Assembly: GCA_033581555.1 (NCBI GenBank)
Contig: JAVQSZ010000004.1
Location: 109,786 to 141,785, forward strand
Direction: 5' to 3'
DNA length: 32,000 nt
Source of the DNA: Nitrososphaerota archaeon
GTDB lineage: Archaea > Thermoproteota > Nitrososphaeria_A > Caldarchaeales > Calditenuaceae
Shown here piece after piece: positions 23,291 through 31,552 of the stretch; positions within the stretch are counted from its first letter, which is position 1; the number at the start of each line of letters is the position of its first letter. The notes below the pieces were generated by a model. It was not told where the DNA came from. It made no database searches and was given only the letters and a program-made list of their open reading frames with translations. A program made the translations under genes and the position numbers.

Positions 23291-24148
23291 ATGTCGGCGA
23301 CGGCGCTGCTGAGGCCGAGGGAGAGGAAGTCGAGGGAGATCGAGCTCCTCGCGAGGCTGATGTCCGCGAACCCCGTCGTGATGGTCCTGGACCTGACGAA
23401 GACCAGCGCGAACGTCCTCCATAGCTTCAGGGGGAAGGTCAGGGGGATCGCGACGGTCAGGGTGACGAAGAAGAACCTCGCCGTCAAGGCGGCCGAGAGG
23501 GTCGGGAGGAGGGCGCTCGTGGAGCTCCTCTCGGGGCTGAGGCACCCTGTCGGGCTAGTCTTCTCCGCGAAGAACCCGTTCCTCCTGAAGCTGGACGTCG
23601 ACGCTAGCAGGATCCTGACGCCGCCTAAGGCCGGAGAGGTGGCGGACATCGACGTGACCGTCCCGGAGATGAACACCGGGATACCTCCGGGGCCGATCCT
23701 CTCGGAGTTCGGGAAGCTCAGGATACCCACGAAGATCGAGGGAGGTACGATCTGGATCGCCAGGGAGACGGTGGTCGCGAAGAGGGGCGACGCGATATCG
23801 CCTGCCCTCGCCAGCCTCCTCAGCAAGCTCGACATACCAGCGGTCTACAGGGGACTCAACGTCGTCGCGGCGGTGGACGGGGAGACGGTGATCCACGGCG
23901 ACCAGCTCGCGTTAGACCTCGAAGCGGTGAGGAGGGACGTCGCCTCCTGTCACTCGAGCGCGAGGGCGCTCCTGATCGAGCTCGGGATACCTGAGCCGGA
24001 GGTGATCGCGGACCTCCTGGCGGTTGCCCACACGAGGGCGATGAGGGTGGCGGCCGAGTCCGGATACGTCACGCCGGAGACGGTCGCTCTGGTCTTCCAG
24101 AGGGCCGAGGCGCAGGCCCGTGCTCTTGCGGCGGCTATCGGCCAGTGA
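23291..24148 (+). CDS. ribosomal protein uL10 (P0) homologue lacking the C-terminal hinge and acidic stalk tail
   Basis: It aligns by eye with archaeal P0: NPVVMVLDL...VRVTKKNL, the domain-II insertion PPKAGEVADIDVTVPEMNTGIPPGPILSEFGKLRIPTKIEGGTIWI, and then helices ending in QRAEAQARALAAAIGQ-stop. It is 285 aa, whereas archaeal P0 is about 340 aa as I recall. Confidence 0.75.
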   Translation: MSATALLRPRERKSREIELLARLMSANPVVMVLDLTKTSANVLHSFRGKVRGIATVRVTKKNLAVKAAERVGRRALVELLSGLRHPVGLVFSAKNPFLLKLDVDASRILTPPKAGEVADIDVTVPEMNTGIPPGPILSEFGKLRIPTKIEGGTIWIARETVVAKRGDAISPALASLLSKLDIPAVYRGLNVVAAVDGETVIHGDQLALDLEAVRRDVASCHSSARALLIELGIPEPEVIADLLAVAHTRAMRVAAESGYVTPETVALVFQRAEAQARALAAAIGQ

Positions 24149-26918
24149 CCTCCGCCATCGCCCCGACGACCCTCCCATAGAGCTCGCCGACCTTCAGGCC
24201 TGAGGCCTCGAACCTCAGCTGCCTGGGCCCCGCCTCGACGACCTCAACGCCCAGAGAGCCCCTCAGCGCACCAGAGAGTCTCACCGGGTCGAGGCCCAAA
24301 GAGGCGGCCTGCCTGTTGAAGGAGATCCAGGCCTTGATCGACTGACCCTCCTGCCTGAATAGGACGACTGCGGTCGGGTCCTGAACGTTGTTGACCGTCT
24401 GGAGCATTTCGGAGACGAGGTCTTCGTTCTTAGTCCTCAGGAAGTCGAAGACCACCTTCACGCCCTTTACCCTCTCCTCCTTCTGGTACTTCCTGAGGTC
24501 GAACCAGAGCCTCGCCGCGAGGGCGTAGTGGGCCCTGAGGCTGGACCTGAGTGACTCGGGTTCGACCAGGGCCTCGGACTCGACCTGCTCGAGGAACTTC
24601 TCAGCGTAGAGCTTCAGCTCCCTGTTCTCGCTCCTCAGACCCTCGAGCTCGCTGCTCAGCTCCGAGATCCTCGACTGGACGTACTCGAGGGCTGCGGGCC
24701 CAGCGGCGAACTCGATCCTCACGACGCCGTCCGCGATCTTCTCGGTCCCTATCACCTTGATGAACCCGACTTCGGAGGTGTTGCTGCAGTGAGTCCCTCC
24801 GCAGGCCTCCGCGTCCCACCCCGGTATGTTCACGACCCTCACGATCCCAGCGGGCGCCTCTCCGCCCTGATAGAGGGTGAAGCCGAAGGTCCGGTCCGCG
24901 ACGTTCCTGTGGAGCCAGCTGACCTCGACCGGAAGCCTCCTCGCGACGACCTCGTTCGCGACCCTCTCTATCCTCCTCACCTCCTCCTCGGACAGGGCCT
25001 TGTAGTGGCTCACATCGAGCCTCGCCCGCCTCTCCTCCTTCCTCGCGCCCATCTGCCACGCGTGCCTCCCGAGGACCCTCCTGACCGTCCCGATCAGGAC
25101 GTGTGTAGCCGTGTGGTGTCTCATGATGCTCAGCCTCCTCTCCCTGTCGACCTTACCCCTAACGACCTCGCCGACCCTCGGCAGCGGACCCTCCACGAAG
25201 TGGACGATCACACCGTCGTAGGACTGGACGTCGACGACCCTGCACGACCCGGAGCCGTGCTCGATGACGCCGGTGTCGGCGACCTGTCCTCCGCCCTCTG
25301 CGTAGAAGCACGTCTCGTCGAGGACGACCATCCCCCTCTCGGCCGCGAGGACCCTCGCCTCGAACTCCGTCCTGTACTGGTCGGCGTAGTAGAGCCTCTC
25401 GGTCTGGGGGAGAGACTTCGCGAGCGCTGCGGCCATCAGGTCCCTCTGGTCGGTCTGCTCCGACCTGGGCGACTCGGAGACGTGCATGCTCGCGACGATC
25501 TCCTGGACGTTCTCCGGAGCATCGACCTCGACGCCCCATTTGGCTGCGACCTCCCTCACGAGGTCAGGCGGCAGTCCCCTCTCGTCGTAGAGCTTGATCA
25601 TCGTCTCGGTCGTCACCTTCCCCCCAGTCGACTTGAGCTCCTTCATCGCCCTCTCGAGGTAAGCGGTCCCCCTCGCGAGGGTCTCGTTGAACCGCTTCAC
25701 CTCGTAGTCGACAAGCTCGAGGACGTCGTCGCGGGCCTCGGCGAGCTGCTTGAACCTCCTCCCCCAGTGCCTCAGCTGGACGTCGAGGAGGTCGAGGACC
25801 CTCTCCTCCGCGCCGAGCCTTTGGAGCGTCCTGTAGAGCCTCCTGATCAGCAGCCTCGCTAGGTAGCCGACCCTCGTGTTGGAGGGCACGACGCCCTCCG
25901 AGAGGATGAAGGCTATGCTCTTCGAGAAGTCGAGTGACGCGTAGAACCGCTCGAGGGCCTCCAGGTCCTGGAGGACGGGTTCGAGGTCGACCCCCGCGAG
26001 CTCCGCGGCCCTCTTCCTCGCCTCAGCTATCGTGACGGACCCACCGGGCTGGATCCACGCCGAGTACCTCCCGTACCTCAGCAGGAAATCCCGGTCGACC
26101 CTGAAGGAACCCAGGAGTCGCTCTGCCCCGGACATCACAGGCCCGTAGACGACCTCGAAGGCCGTCGGCGTGCCGTTGCTGAGCCAGGTGAACCTCTCGA
26201 TCCCATAGCCGGTGTCGACGGTCCTGACCGGGAGCTCCTCGAGCCCTCCGTCGAGGACTCTGTAGCTCATGAAGACCAGCGTCGCGACCTCGAGCCCGCC
26301 GACGTTCACCTCGAAGCAGGGGCCCGCGTTCCCGCCTCCGCTCCAGACGCCCTCCTTGTAGACGACGTCCTCCTCATTCACCCCCAGCCTCCCAAGGAAC
26401 TCGGAGCAGAGCTCGACGGTCCGGTCCTTCCAGTAGACCTCCTTCCCCGGGAAGTTGAAGGCGTGGGCCCCGCCCATCTCGAAGACCGTCATGTGCCTGC
26501 CGAGCGTCAGCCCGACCTTGTCGACGTCGACGAGCCTGATGCAGGGCTGGCTGACCACCAGGGGGTTCGCGGGAGGCTCCATCATCCCCGAGGTGACGTG
26601 GGGTTGGAAGTCCACGACGCTAGCGGAGACCAAGTACAGGTCCCTCCTCCACCTCGGCACCACCGGATACGGGTCGATGGGCTCGTGGCCCCTCTCCGCG
26701 AAGAACCCGATGAACGCGTCGCGCATCTCGTCGAGCGTGTAGCTCCTCGCGGTTGGCGGCCTGCCGATGAACTCGTAGGGGACGCAGGGCGCCTCGTTGC
26801 AGTTGTCCCTCTCCGGGTCGAGGGTCCAGAAGTGCTTCCCACAGTACCTGCACCTCCTTCTCACGAAGCCCTTGGACCTCAGGTACTCGATGTCGTAAGC
26901 CGATACGTCGAACTCCAA
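24135..26918 (-). CDS. alaS: alanyl-tRNA synthetase
   Basis: The 927-aa product shows archaeal AlaRS N-terminal features (FVRRRCRYCGKHFWT) and a class II core. The editing-domain zinc motifs HHTATH and CGGTHC are present. TTG at 26918 is the only in-frame start after an upstream TAA. Confidence 0.96.
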   Translation of the reverse strand: MEFDVSAYDIEYLRSKGFVRRRCRYCGKHFWTLDPERDNCNEAPCVPYEFIGRPPTARSYTLDEMRDAFIGFFAERGHEPIDPYPVVPRWRRDLYLVSASVVDFQPHVTSGMMEPPANPLVVSQPCIRLVDVDKVGLTLGRHMTVFEMGGAHAFNFPGKEVYWKDRTVELCSEFLGRLGVNEEDVVYKEGVWSGGGNAGPCFEVNVGGLEVATLVFMSYRVLDGGLEELPVRTVDTGYGIERFTWLSNGTPTAFEVVYGPVMSGAERLLGSFRVDRDFLLRYGRYSAWIQPGGSVTIAEARKRAAELAGVDLEPVLQDLEALERFYASLDFSKSIAFILSEGVVPSNTRVGYLARLLIRRLYRTLQRLGAEERVLDLLDVQLRHWGRRFKQLAEARDDVLELVDYEVKRFNETLARGTAYLERAMKELKSTGGKVTTETMIKLYDERGLPPDLVREVAAKWGVEVDAPENVQEIVASMHVSESPRSEQTDQRDLMAAALAKSLPQTERLYYADQYRTEFEARVLAAERGMVVLDETCFYAEGGGQVADTGVIEHGSGSCRVVDVQSYDGVIVHFVEGPLPRVGEVVRGKVDRERRLSIMRHHTATHVLIGTVRRVLGRHAWQMGARKEERRARLDVSHYKALSEEEVRRIERVANEVVARRLPVEVSWLHRNVADRTFGFTLYQGGEAPAGIVRVVNIPGWDAEACGGTHCSNTSEVGFIKVIGTEKIADGVVRIEFAAGPAALEYVQSRISELSSELEGLRSENRELKLYAEKFLEQVESEALVEPESLRSSLRAHYALAARLWFDLRKYQKEERVKGVKVVFDFLRTKNEDLVSEMLQTVNNVQDPTAVVLFRQEGQSIKAWISFNRQAASLGLDPVRLSGALRGSLGVEVVEAGPRQLRFEASGLKVGELYGRVVGAMAEVTGR

Positions 26919-26964
26919 TTCCCGACTTACCCCAGAAAATGATGGTATAACGGTTTTCCCCGGG

Positions 26965-27288
26965 TCAGCCGAAGAGGGCTGCGAGCCCGGAGAGCGCCTC
27001 CTCTTCCTTCTTCGCCTCTTCCTCCTTCTTCTTCTCCTCCTTCGGGGCCTCAGCTGCCGGCGCAGCGGGCGCGGCCTGAGCGGCGGCGACAGGGGCGGTC
27101 ACGACCGGAGCTGCTGCGGCGGACTTCAGGACCTCGTCGATGTTGATCCCCTGCAGCGCCGCGACTAGGGACTTCAGCCTGACCTCGTCGACGACGCCTC
27201 CTGCGGCCTCGATCACCCTCCTGAGGCCCTGCTCATCGATCGGCTTCCCGAGCCTGTGGAGGAGCAGTGCCGCGTACACGTACTCCAT
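26965..27288 (-). CDS. rpl12: ribosomal stalk protein P1 (archaeal L12)
   Basis: [11 protein letters not shown]... is followed by an Ala/Pro hinge and the acidic tail [31 protein letters not shown] Shine-Dalgarno sequence lies about 8 nt upstream of the ATG. Confidence 0.96.
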   Translation of the reverse strand: MEYVYAALLLHRLGKPIDEQGLRRVIEAAGGVVDEVRLKSLVAALQGINIDEVLKSAAAAPVVTAPVAAAQAAPAAPAAEAPKEEKKKEEEAKKEEEALSGLAALFG

Positions 27289-27445
27289 GACCCGTTACCT
27301 CCTAACCGCAAGGCGACGTCCGAAATATTACTGTATATCGGCGAAGCGACCGAATCGGTCGCCCGGCGTTCGGCCGTCCTCCGACTGATCGAGCAGAGCG
27401 ACGTTTGCTTTAAAAGGTGGACGTTTACACAAGTCGTGAACGACC

Positions 27446-27742
27446 ATGAGATGGAACCACCTCGTGTCGTTGGCGTTGATGGGCCTGCTGTCGGTCGTGC
27501 CGGTCGCTTTCGCAGCTGAAGCGGCTCCCGCGAGTCTCATCGACAAGTCGCTCTCTGCGGCGATCGCGTTCGCGGTCGCGGTCGCAGCCTCGGGCTTCGC
27601 GATCTCGAGGGCCGGGTCAGCGGGCCTCGCAGCGTCCGCAGAGAGGCCCGAGCTGAGGACCGTGACGATCATCATCGCGGCGTTCGCGGAGGCACTGGCG
27701 ATCTACGGGATCGCGATCGCGTTCGTCATCCTGACCTCCTGA
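27446..27742 (+). CDS. atpK: A-type ATP synthase proteolipid subunit K (c subunit), single hairpin with an N-terminal hydrophobic extension
   Basis: Helix 1 is AIAFAVAVAASGFAISRAGSAGLAA, a Gly/Ala-rich proteolipid motif. Helix 2 (IIIAAFAEALAIYGIAIAFVIL) carries the ion-binding Glu. A TATA-like TTTAAAA lies about 35 nt upstream. Confidence 0.78.
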   Translation: MRWNHLVSLALMGLLSVVPVAFAAEAAPASLIDKSLSAAIAFAVAVAASGFAISRAGSAGLAASAERPELRTVTIIIAAFAEALAIYGIAIAFVILTS

Positions 27743-27785
27743 GGCCCCGAGAAGCCCGAAGGCAGATTTCTTCTTCCAGAACAAA

Positions 27786-27795
27786 CTTAAATCGA
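27786..27795 (+). promoter_or_regulatory. TATA-like box upstream of tRNA-Phe (CTTAAATCGA)
   Basis: It is centred about 29 nt upstream of tRNA position 1. It shares the 8-mer TAAATCGA with the tRNA-Gln upstream region. Confidence 0.5.
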
Positions 27796-27817
27796 TGGCG
27801 AGGGCGTGAGATCGCGG

Positions 27818-27903
27818 GCCCCGGTAGCTCAGCGGGAGAGCGACCGGCTGAAGTCCTTCGGACAGAGACCGGTAGGTCGTGGGTTCAAGTCCCACCCGGG
27901 GCA
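27818..27903 (+). tRNA. tRNA-Phe (anticodon GAA) with a 14-nt intron at the canonical 37/38 position
   Basis: The acceptor is GCCCCGG / CCGGGGC plus discriminator A. The D arm is GCTC-AGCGGGA-GAGC. The anticodon arm is ACCGG-CTGAAG[TCCTTCGGACAGAG, 27854-27867]A-CCGGT. The T arm is GTGGG-TTCAAGT-CCCAC. The mature length is 72 nt. Confidence 0.9.
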
Positions 27904-27952
27904 CGCGGAGGCTGCTCGCAAAGTTTTAACCGGGAAGGGCCGATCGATCGAT

Positions 27953-28387
27953 GTGCCGCTCTTCAAGAGGGCCGAGAGGGCCGTCGTGATCAAAACGGCC
28001 GACCTGATGAGCTCGCCGCCGGTCACATTGAGCAGCGAAGCGAAGGTCGACGACGTCCCCGGCGTGATGTGGAAGAACGGCGTCGGGAGCGTCTTGATAG
28101 TCGACAAGAAGGGGAAGCTGGTGGGGATCGTGACCGAGAGGGACGTGCTCTACGCGGCCTCGCACGGGCTGCTGGGGAAGGGCCATCCGGTCAGCGCGGT
28201 GATGTCGAGGGACCTGACGGTCGCGACGCCTGACGAGGACGTAACGTCCGTGATAGAGAAGATGAGGGACTACAACGTCAGGCACATCCCGGTCGTCGAC
28301 AGCGAAGGCAGGCCGGTCGGCGTCGTCTCTGCGAGGGACGTCCTTGACTACGCAGTTAGGCTGATCAGCCTCTTCATGAGAGCCTAG
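27953..28387 (+). CDS. CBS-domain pair protein
   Basis: Two CBS repeats are present: DLMSSPPVTL...VGSVLIVDKKGKLVGIVTERDVL and AVMSRDLTVATPDEDV...NVRHIPVVDSEGRPVGVVSARDVL. I chose the GTG at 27953 because a TATA-like AGTTTTAAC lies about 27 nt upstream. The ORF-track start at 27806 lies inside tRNA-Phe. Confidence 0.78.
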   Translation: MPLFKRAERAVVIKTADLMSSPPVTLSSEAKVDDVPGVMWKNGVGSVLIVDKKGKLVGIVTERDVLYAASHGLLGKGHPVSAVMSRDLTVATPDEDVTSVIEKMRDYNVRHIPVVDSEGRPVGVVSARDVLDYAVRLISLFMRA

Positions 28388-30152
28388 GCAGAGCCTCGAG
28401 GACCCTCGTGAGGCTGGCCTCCCTGTAGGTCCTCCTGTAGCCCCTCAGGAGCTCGTCGATCGGGCAGACCTTCCCAGCGTGAGCGCCGTCCGGCAAGGGC
28501 TCTTCGGTGAACCTCCTCGGCAGCCTGTCCGCGTCCTCGCCTATGCCGTAGGCCCTGTTGACGTGCCGCTCCATCGCGAGCACCGCCTCGCCGACCTCGG
28601 TCAGCGACCGGACGTCGAACTCGATTCCGTAAAACGCCGAGAGGCCTTCGGCGTAGTCGCTGGAGTCCATCGCGAGCCTCGAGAACGCGCAGACCCCGAG
28701 CGAGTCCAGCCAGGCCACCTCGACCCTCTTCGCGTGGACTCTGCTTGCGAGCGTCTCGGCGTCCGGGCCGTCCCGGTAGACCGTCTCGATCCCGAAGTCC
28801 TCGAAGCTCCTGATCAGGTTCGGGTAGACCCAGATGTGCGCAGCGCCTCCGTAGGACTCGACCGCGTTGATCAGGCCCCAAGCAGGCTCAGCCCTCGGGT
28901 CGGTGTTCTGAACGGAGATGCCCTTGACCGACGGTGCCGCGTGGACGTCGCCGTAGTGCTCCGCGGTCCTCAGGGCTCCCCCTGAGAGGACCTCACCGAC
29001 GCCGTCCCCCGAGGCCATCGAGCCTATCAGCTCGGCCATCCTCCTCCAATCGCCCCACTCGAGCCGCTCCTCGGTCAGGCCCCTCTCCGAGAGCTCCGCG
29101 AGGACCGCGAGTGTGTTGCCGGCCTCGATCGGGTCGACTCCAGCGTCGTAGCAGAGCTGCGTGAGGTAGGAGATCTTCTCGAGGTCCAGGACCGAGCAGT
29201 TGGTCCCCAGCGAGGAGATCTGCGCGTAGTCGGGGCCCTCTCCCCTCAGCCCTAGGGCGACCGTCTCCCTCCTACAGGAGACTTGGCACGTCGAGCAGGT
29301 CAGCCTCCTCACGAGGACCGTCGAGGAGAGCCTTCTTCCGCCGACCAGCTCGTACTCCCTGAGCGTGCTCCTGCTGTAGTTCTTGACCGGGACCGCGTCG
29401 TGCCTGCCGAGGGCCTCGACGGCGATCGCGGTCCCGTGGACCGCGAGGAGCCCGTTCTGGAGGTTGAGGATGTCTGAGGCCTCGACCTTCGCCCTAAGGG
29501 ACCTCAGGAGCCTGCTGAACCTCACCGGCTGGGCCGGAGACCTCGAGAACCTCCTTCCTGCCTTGATCGCGATCGCCTTGACGTTCTTGGAGCCGAGTAC
29601 CGCTCCAGCTCCGTGCCTGACGCCGCTCGACCTCCCCGAGTCGTTGATGACCGTCGCGATCGGCGCCGCCCTCTCTCCCGCAGGGCCTATCGCGATCACC
29701 CTGACGTCGCCGAGCTCCGACCTCAGCGCCCTGCACGTCTCCACGGCCCCCAGGCCCCTGAACCGCTCCGCTTCGACGAACTTCACGCCCTCAGGTGTCA
29801 CGAGGAGGACGCAGAGCGACTCGGACCTCCCGGTCAGGTAAAGGGCCGCGATGCCCAACGACGCTAGGTCGGTCGCGGCGTAGCCGCCGGTCATTGCCCA
29901 CGCCACGGTCCCCGTGAGGGGGGACCTGAAGGCGAGCGTCAGCCTGTTGCCGAGCGGGAAGCCGGTCCCAGAGAGGCTCCCTACCGAGACGACGAGCGGG
30001 CTTCTCGGGTCCAGAGGGTCTCTGGTGCTCAGGTTGCGGGCGAGCAGGCCGATCCCGATGCACCTCCCTCCGAGGATGCCATCCCGGACCACGTGGCCGA
30101 CGTCGTGGGCCTCGAAGGACCTCTCCTCGAGGTCTACCCTTAGCACCCTCAA
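28374..30152 (-). CDS. aor: aldehyde:ferredoxin oxidoreductase family tungsto/molybdopterin enzyme
   Basis: The N-terminus LRVDLEERSF is AOR-like. The [4Fe-4S] cysteine motif is CSTCQVSC (C-x2-C-x3-C) plus a distal LGVCAFS. The 592-aa length is typical. The start is TTG at 30152, or a GTG two codons later. Confidence 0.88.
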   Translation of the reverse strand: MRVLRVDLEERSFEAHDVGHVVRDGILGGRCIGIGLLARNLSTRDPLDPRSPLVVSVGSLSGTGFPLGNRLTLAFRSPLTGTVAWAMTGGYAATDLASLGIAALYLTGRSESLCVLLVTPEGVKFVEAERFRGLGAVETCRALRSELGDVRVIAIGPAGERAAPIATVINDSGRSSGVRHGAGAVLGSKNVKAIAIKAGRRFSRSPAQPVRFSRLLRSLRAKVEASDILNLQNGLLAVHGTAIAVEALGRHDAVPVKNYSRSTLREYELVGGRRLSSTVLVRRLTCSTCQVSCRRETVALGLRGEGPDYAQISSLGTNCSVLDLEKISYLTQLCYDAGVDPIEAGNTLAVLAELSERGLTEERLEWGDWRRMAELIGSMASGDGVGEVLSGGALRTAEHYGDVHAAPSVKGISVQNTDPRAEPAWGLINAVESYGGAAHIWVYPNLIRSFEDFGIETVYRDGPDAETLASRVHAKRVEVAWLDSLGVCAFSRLAMDSSDYAEGLSAFYGIEFDVRSLTEVGEAVLAMERHVNRAYGIGEDADRLPRRFTEEPLPDGAHAGKVCPIDELLRGYRRTYREASLTRVLEALPRLS

Positions 30153-30203
30153 CGCCGCGCAGAAGAACGAGTCGGGTCTGAAAAACGTGTCAGGGCCCCG
30201 CGA

Positions 30204-31121
30204 CTAAGGGATCAGGACCGGAGACCCGTCCCTGATGACCCTGTAGCCCCGGTCGTGGATCGAGGAGTAGGCCCTCGCGAGGTGGACCATCGCCCTGTGG
30301 GTCTCGCCTGAGTAGAACCTCAGCGGCCCCTTCACCCTCTCGCGGAGGACCGCGTCGACCTCCTCCGCGGAGAGGGAGCTGCAGTCCCTCGACTTCGATC
30401 CCACGACGAAGCCCCAGAGCGAGGCGAAGGAGAAGACGTACGCGGCCAAGGGCGTCGCCGAGGGGAATACCGACCTCACCGTCTCGAGGACCGACCTGAA
30501 GGCGAAGGGGTTGTGGGCGATCGAGGTCGCCTGGGTCACCAGGACCCCTTGATCGGAGAGCTTCTCTAACGCGGTCCTATAGAACTCGACGCTGTAGAGC
30601 GGTATCGAGGCGGCGCCCTCGGTCGGGTCGGTGGCGTCTACGACGATCACGTCGTAGCTCTCGTCAGCCGCGGAGCTCAGGTATCCCCTCCCCTCGGCGA
30701 TGACCAGCTTGAGCCTCGGGTCCTCGAAGGCGCCCTCGCTCAGCTCGGGCATGTGCCTCCTGCAGAGCTCGACGACCTCGCCGTCGATGTCGACCATCTC
30801 GACCTCCTCGACCGTCCTCCACCTGAGCACCTCGCGGACCGTGGCGCCCTCGCCCCCGCCGATCACGAGTACCCGCTTGGGCTCGGGGGCCGTGACCATC
30901 GCCGGGTGGACGAGGCCTTCGTGGTAGACGCGCTCGTCGACCAGGGAGGACTGGATCTTCCCATCGATCACGAGGCACCTGCCGTAGGGGACGGTCTCCA
31001 GCACGTGGACGTCCTGGAACCTGGTTGAGGTCCTTACGAGGACCCTCTTGACAGCGTAGAGCTCAACGAGCCCCTCCGAGAGTGACTCGGAGGCCCAGAG
31101 GAAGTGACCCTCCAAGCTCAC
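30204..31121 (-). CDS. speE: spermidine synthase / polyamine aminopropyltransferase
   Basis: Conserved blocks are GRCLVIDGKIQSS..DE..YHE, VLVIGGGEGATVREVL and DVIVVDATDP. The GTG start overlaps the speH stop (GTGA). Confidence 0.92.
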   Translation of the reverse strand: MSLEGHFLWASESLSEGLVELYAVKRVLVRTSTRFQDVHVLETVPYGRCLVIDGKIQSSLVDERVYHEGLVHPAMVTAPEPKRVLVIGGGEGATVREVLRWRTVEEVEMVDIDGEVVELCRRHMPELSEGAFEDPRLKLVIAEGRGYLSSAADESYDVIVVDATDPTEGAASIPLYSVEFYRTALEKLSDQGVLVTQATSIAHNPFAFRSVLETVRSVFPSATPLAAYVFSFASLWGFVVGSKSRDCSSLSAEEVDAVLRERVKGPLRFYSGETHRAMVHLARAYSSIHDRGYRVIRDGSPVLIP

Positions 31122-31552
31122 TCCCTTACCGCGACCCTCACCTCTTCGTCGGCCTTCGCGTCTCTGCTGAGGAGACCCCTCCGGATCTCCATCACGCTGA
31201 CGCTCTTCGGGTTAAGGGCCCTCACGACCTCGTCGAAGGCGGCCCAAGGGTCGACGTGGTCGCCGCAGGTGTAGATGTCCACCGCGGCGTAGGAGTGCTC
31301 CGGCCAGGTGTGGACCGAGAGGTGGCTCTCCTTCACGACCAGGATGTACGAGACGCCGCCCCCGCCCTCGTACTTGTTCGCGAACTCGCCGACCGGGGTG
31401 GCCCCCGCCCTCCTAGCCCCCCTTTTAACCACCGTGGAAACGAACTTGAGGTCCGCCAAAAGGGCCGGGTCGCAACCGTACAGCTCCCCGATCAGGTGCC
31501 GACCGAGACCGTCGAAAGTCTGAACGCGGCGCCCCTGGCTCCCAGCCCCCAT
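31118..31552 (-). CDS. speH: S-adenosylmethionine decarboxylase proenzyme (pyruvoyl-dependent, SpeH type)
   Basis: GRHLIGELYGCD is followed by the self-cleavage site in VVKESHLSVHTWPE, then YAAVDIYTCG. Confidence 0.92.
   Translation of the reverse strand: MGAGSQGRRVQTFDGLGRHLIGELYGCDPALLADLKFVSTVVKRGARRAGATPVGEFANKYEGGGGVSYILVVKESHLSVHTWPEHSYAAVDIYTCGDHVDPWAAFDEVVRALNPKSVSVMEIRRGLLSRDAKADEEVRVAVRE

Noticed and set aside
24149-24300. A search for a frameshifted continuation encoding the missing P0 hinge and acidic tail.
   Set aside because: None of the three forward frames downstream of the stop gives an Ala/Pro/Glu-rich tail or a G-L-x-x-L-F ending. The region is the well-supported 3' end of alaS on the other strand.
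24789-25862. A 357-aa ORF on the plus strand inside the alaS region, along with similar ORFs at 24551-24760, 24601-25059, 25159-25539 and 26463-26942.
   Set aside because: It lies antisense or out of frame to a full-length, motif-rich alaS. Its translation is low-complexity and rich in Arg, Pro, Asp and Leu. Long stop-free alternative frames are expected in GC-rich DNA.
27806-27952. The ORF-track N-terminal extension of the CBS-domain gene.
   Set aside because: It runs straight through tRNA-Phe (27818-27903). A TATA-like box and an in-frame GTG at 27953 give a normal two-CBS protein.
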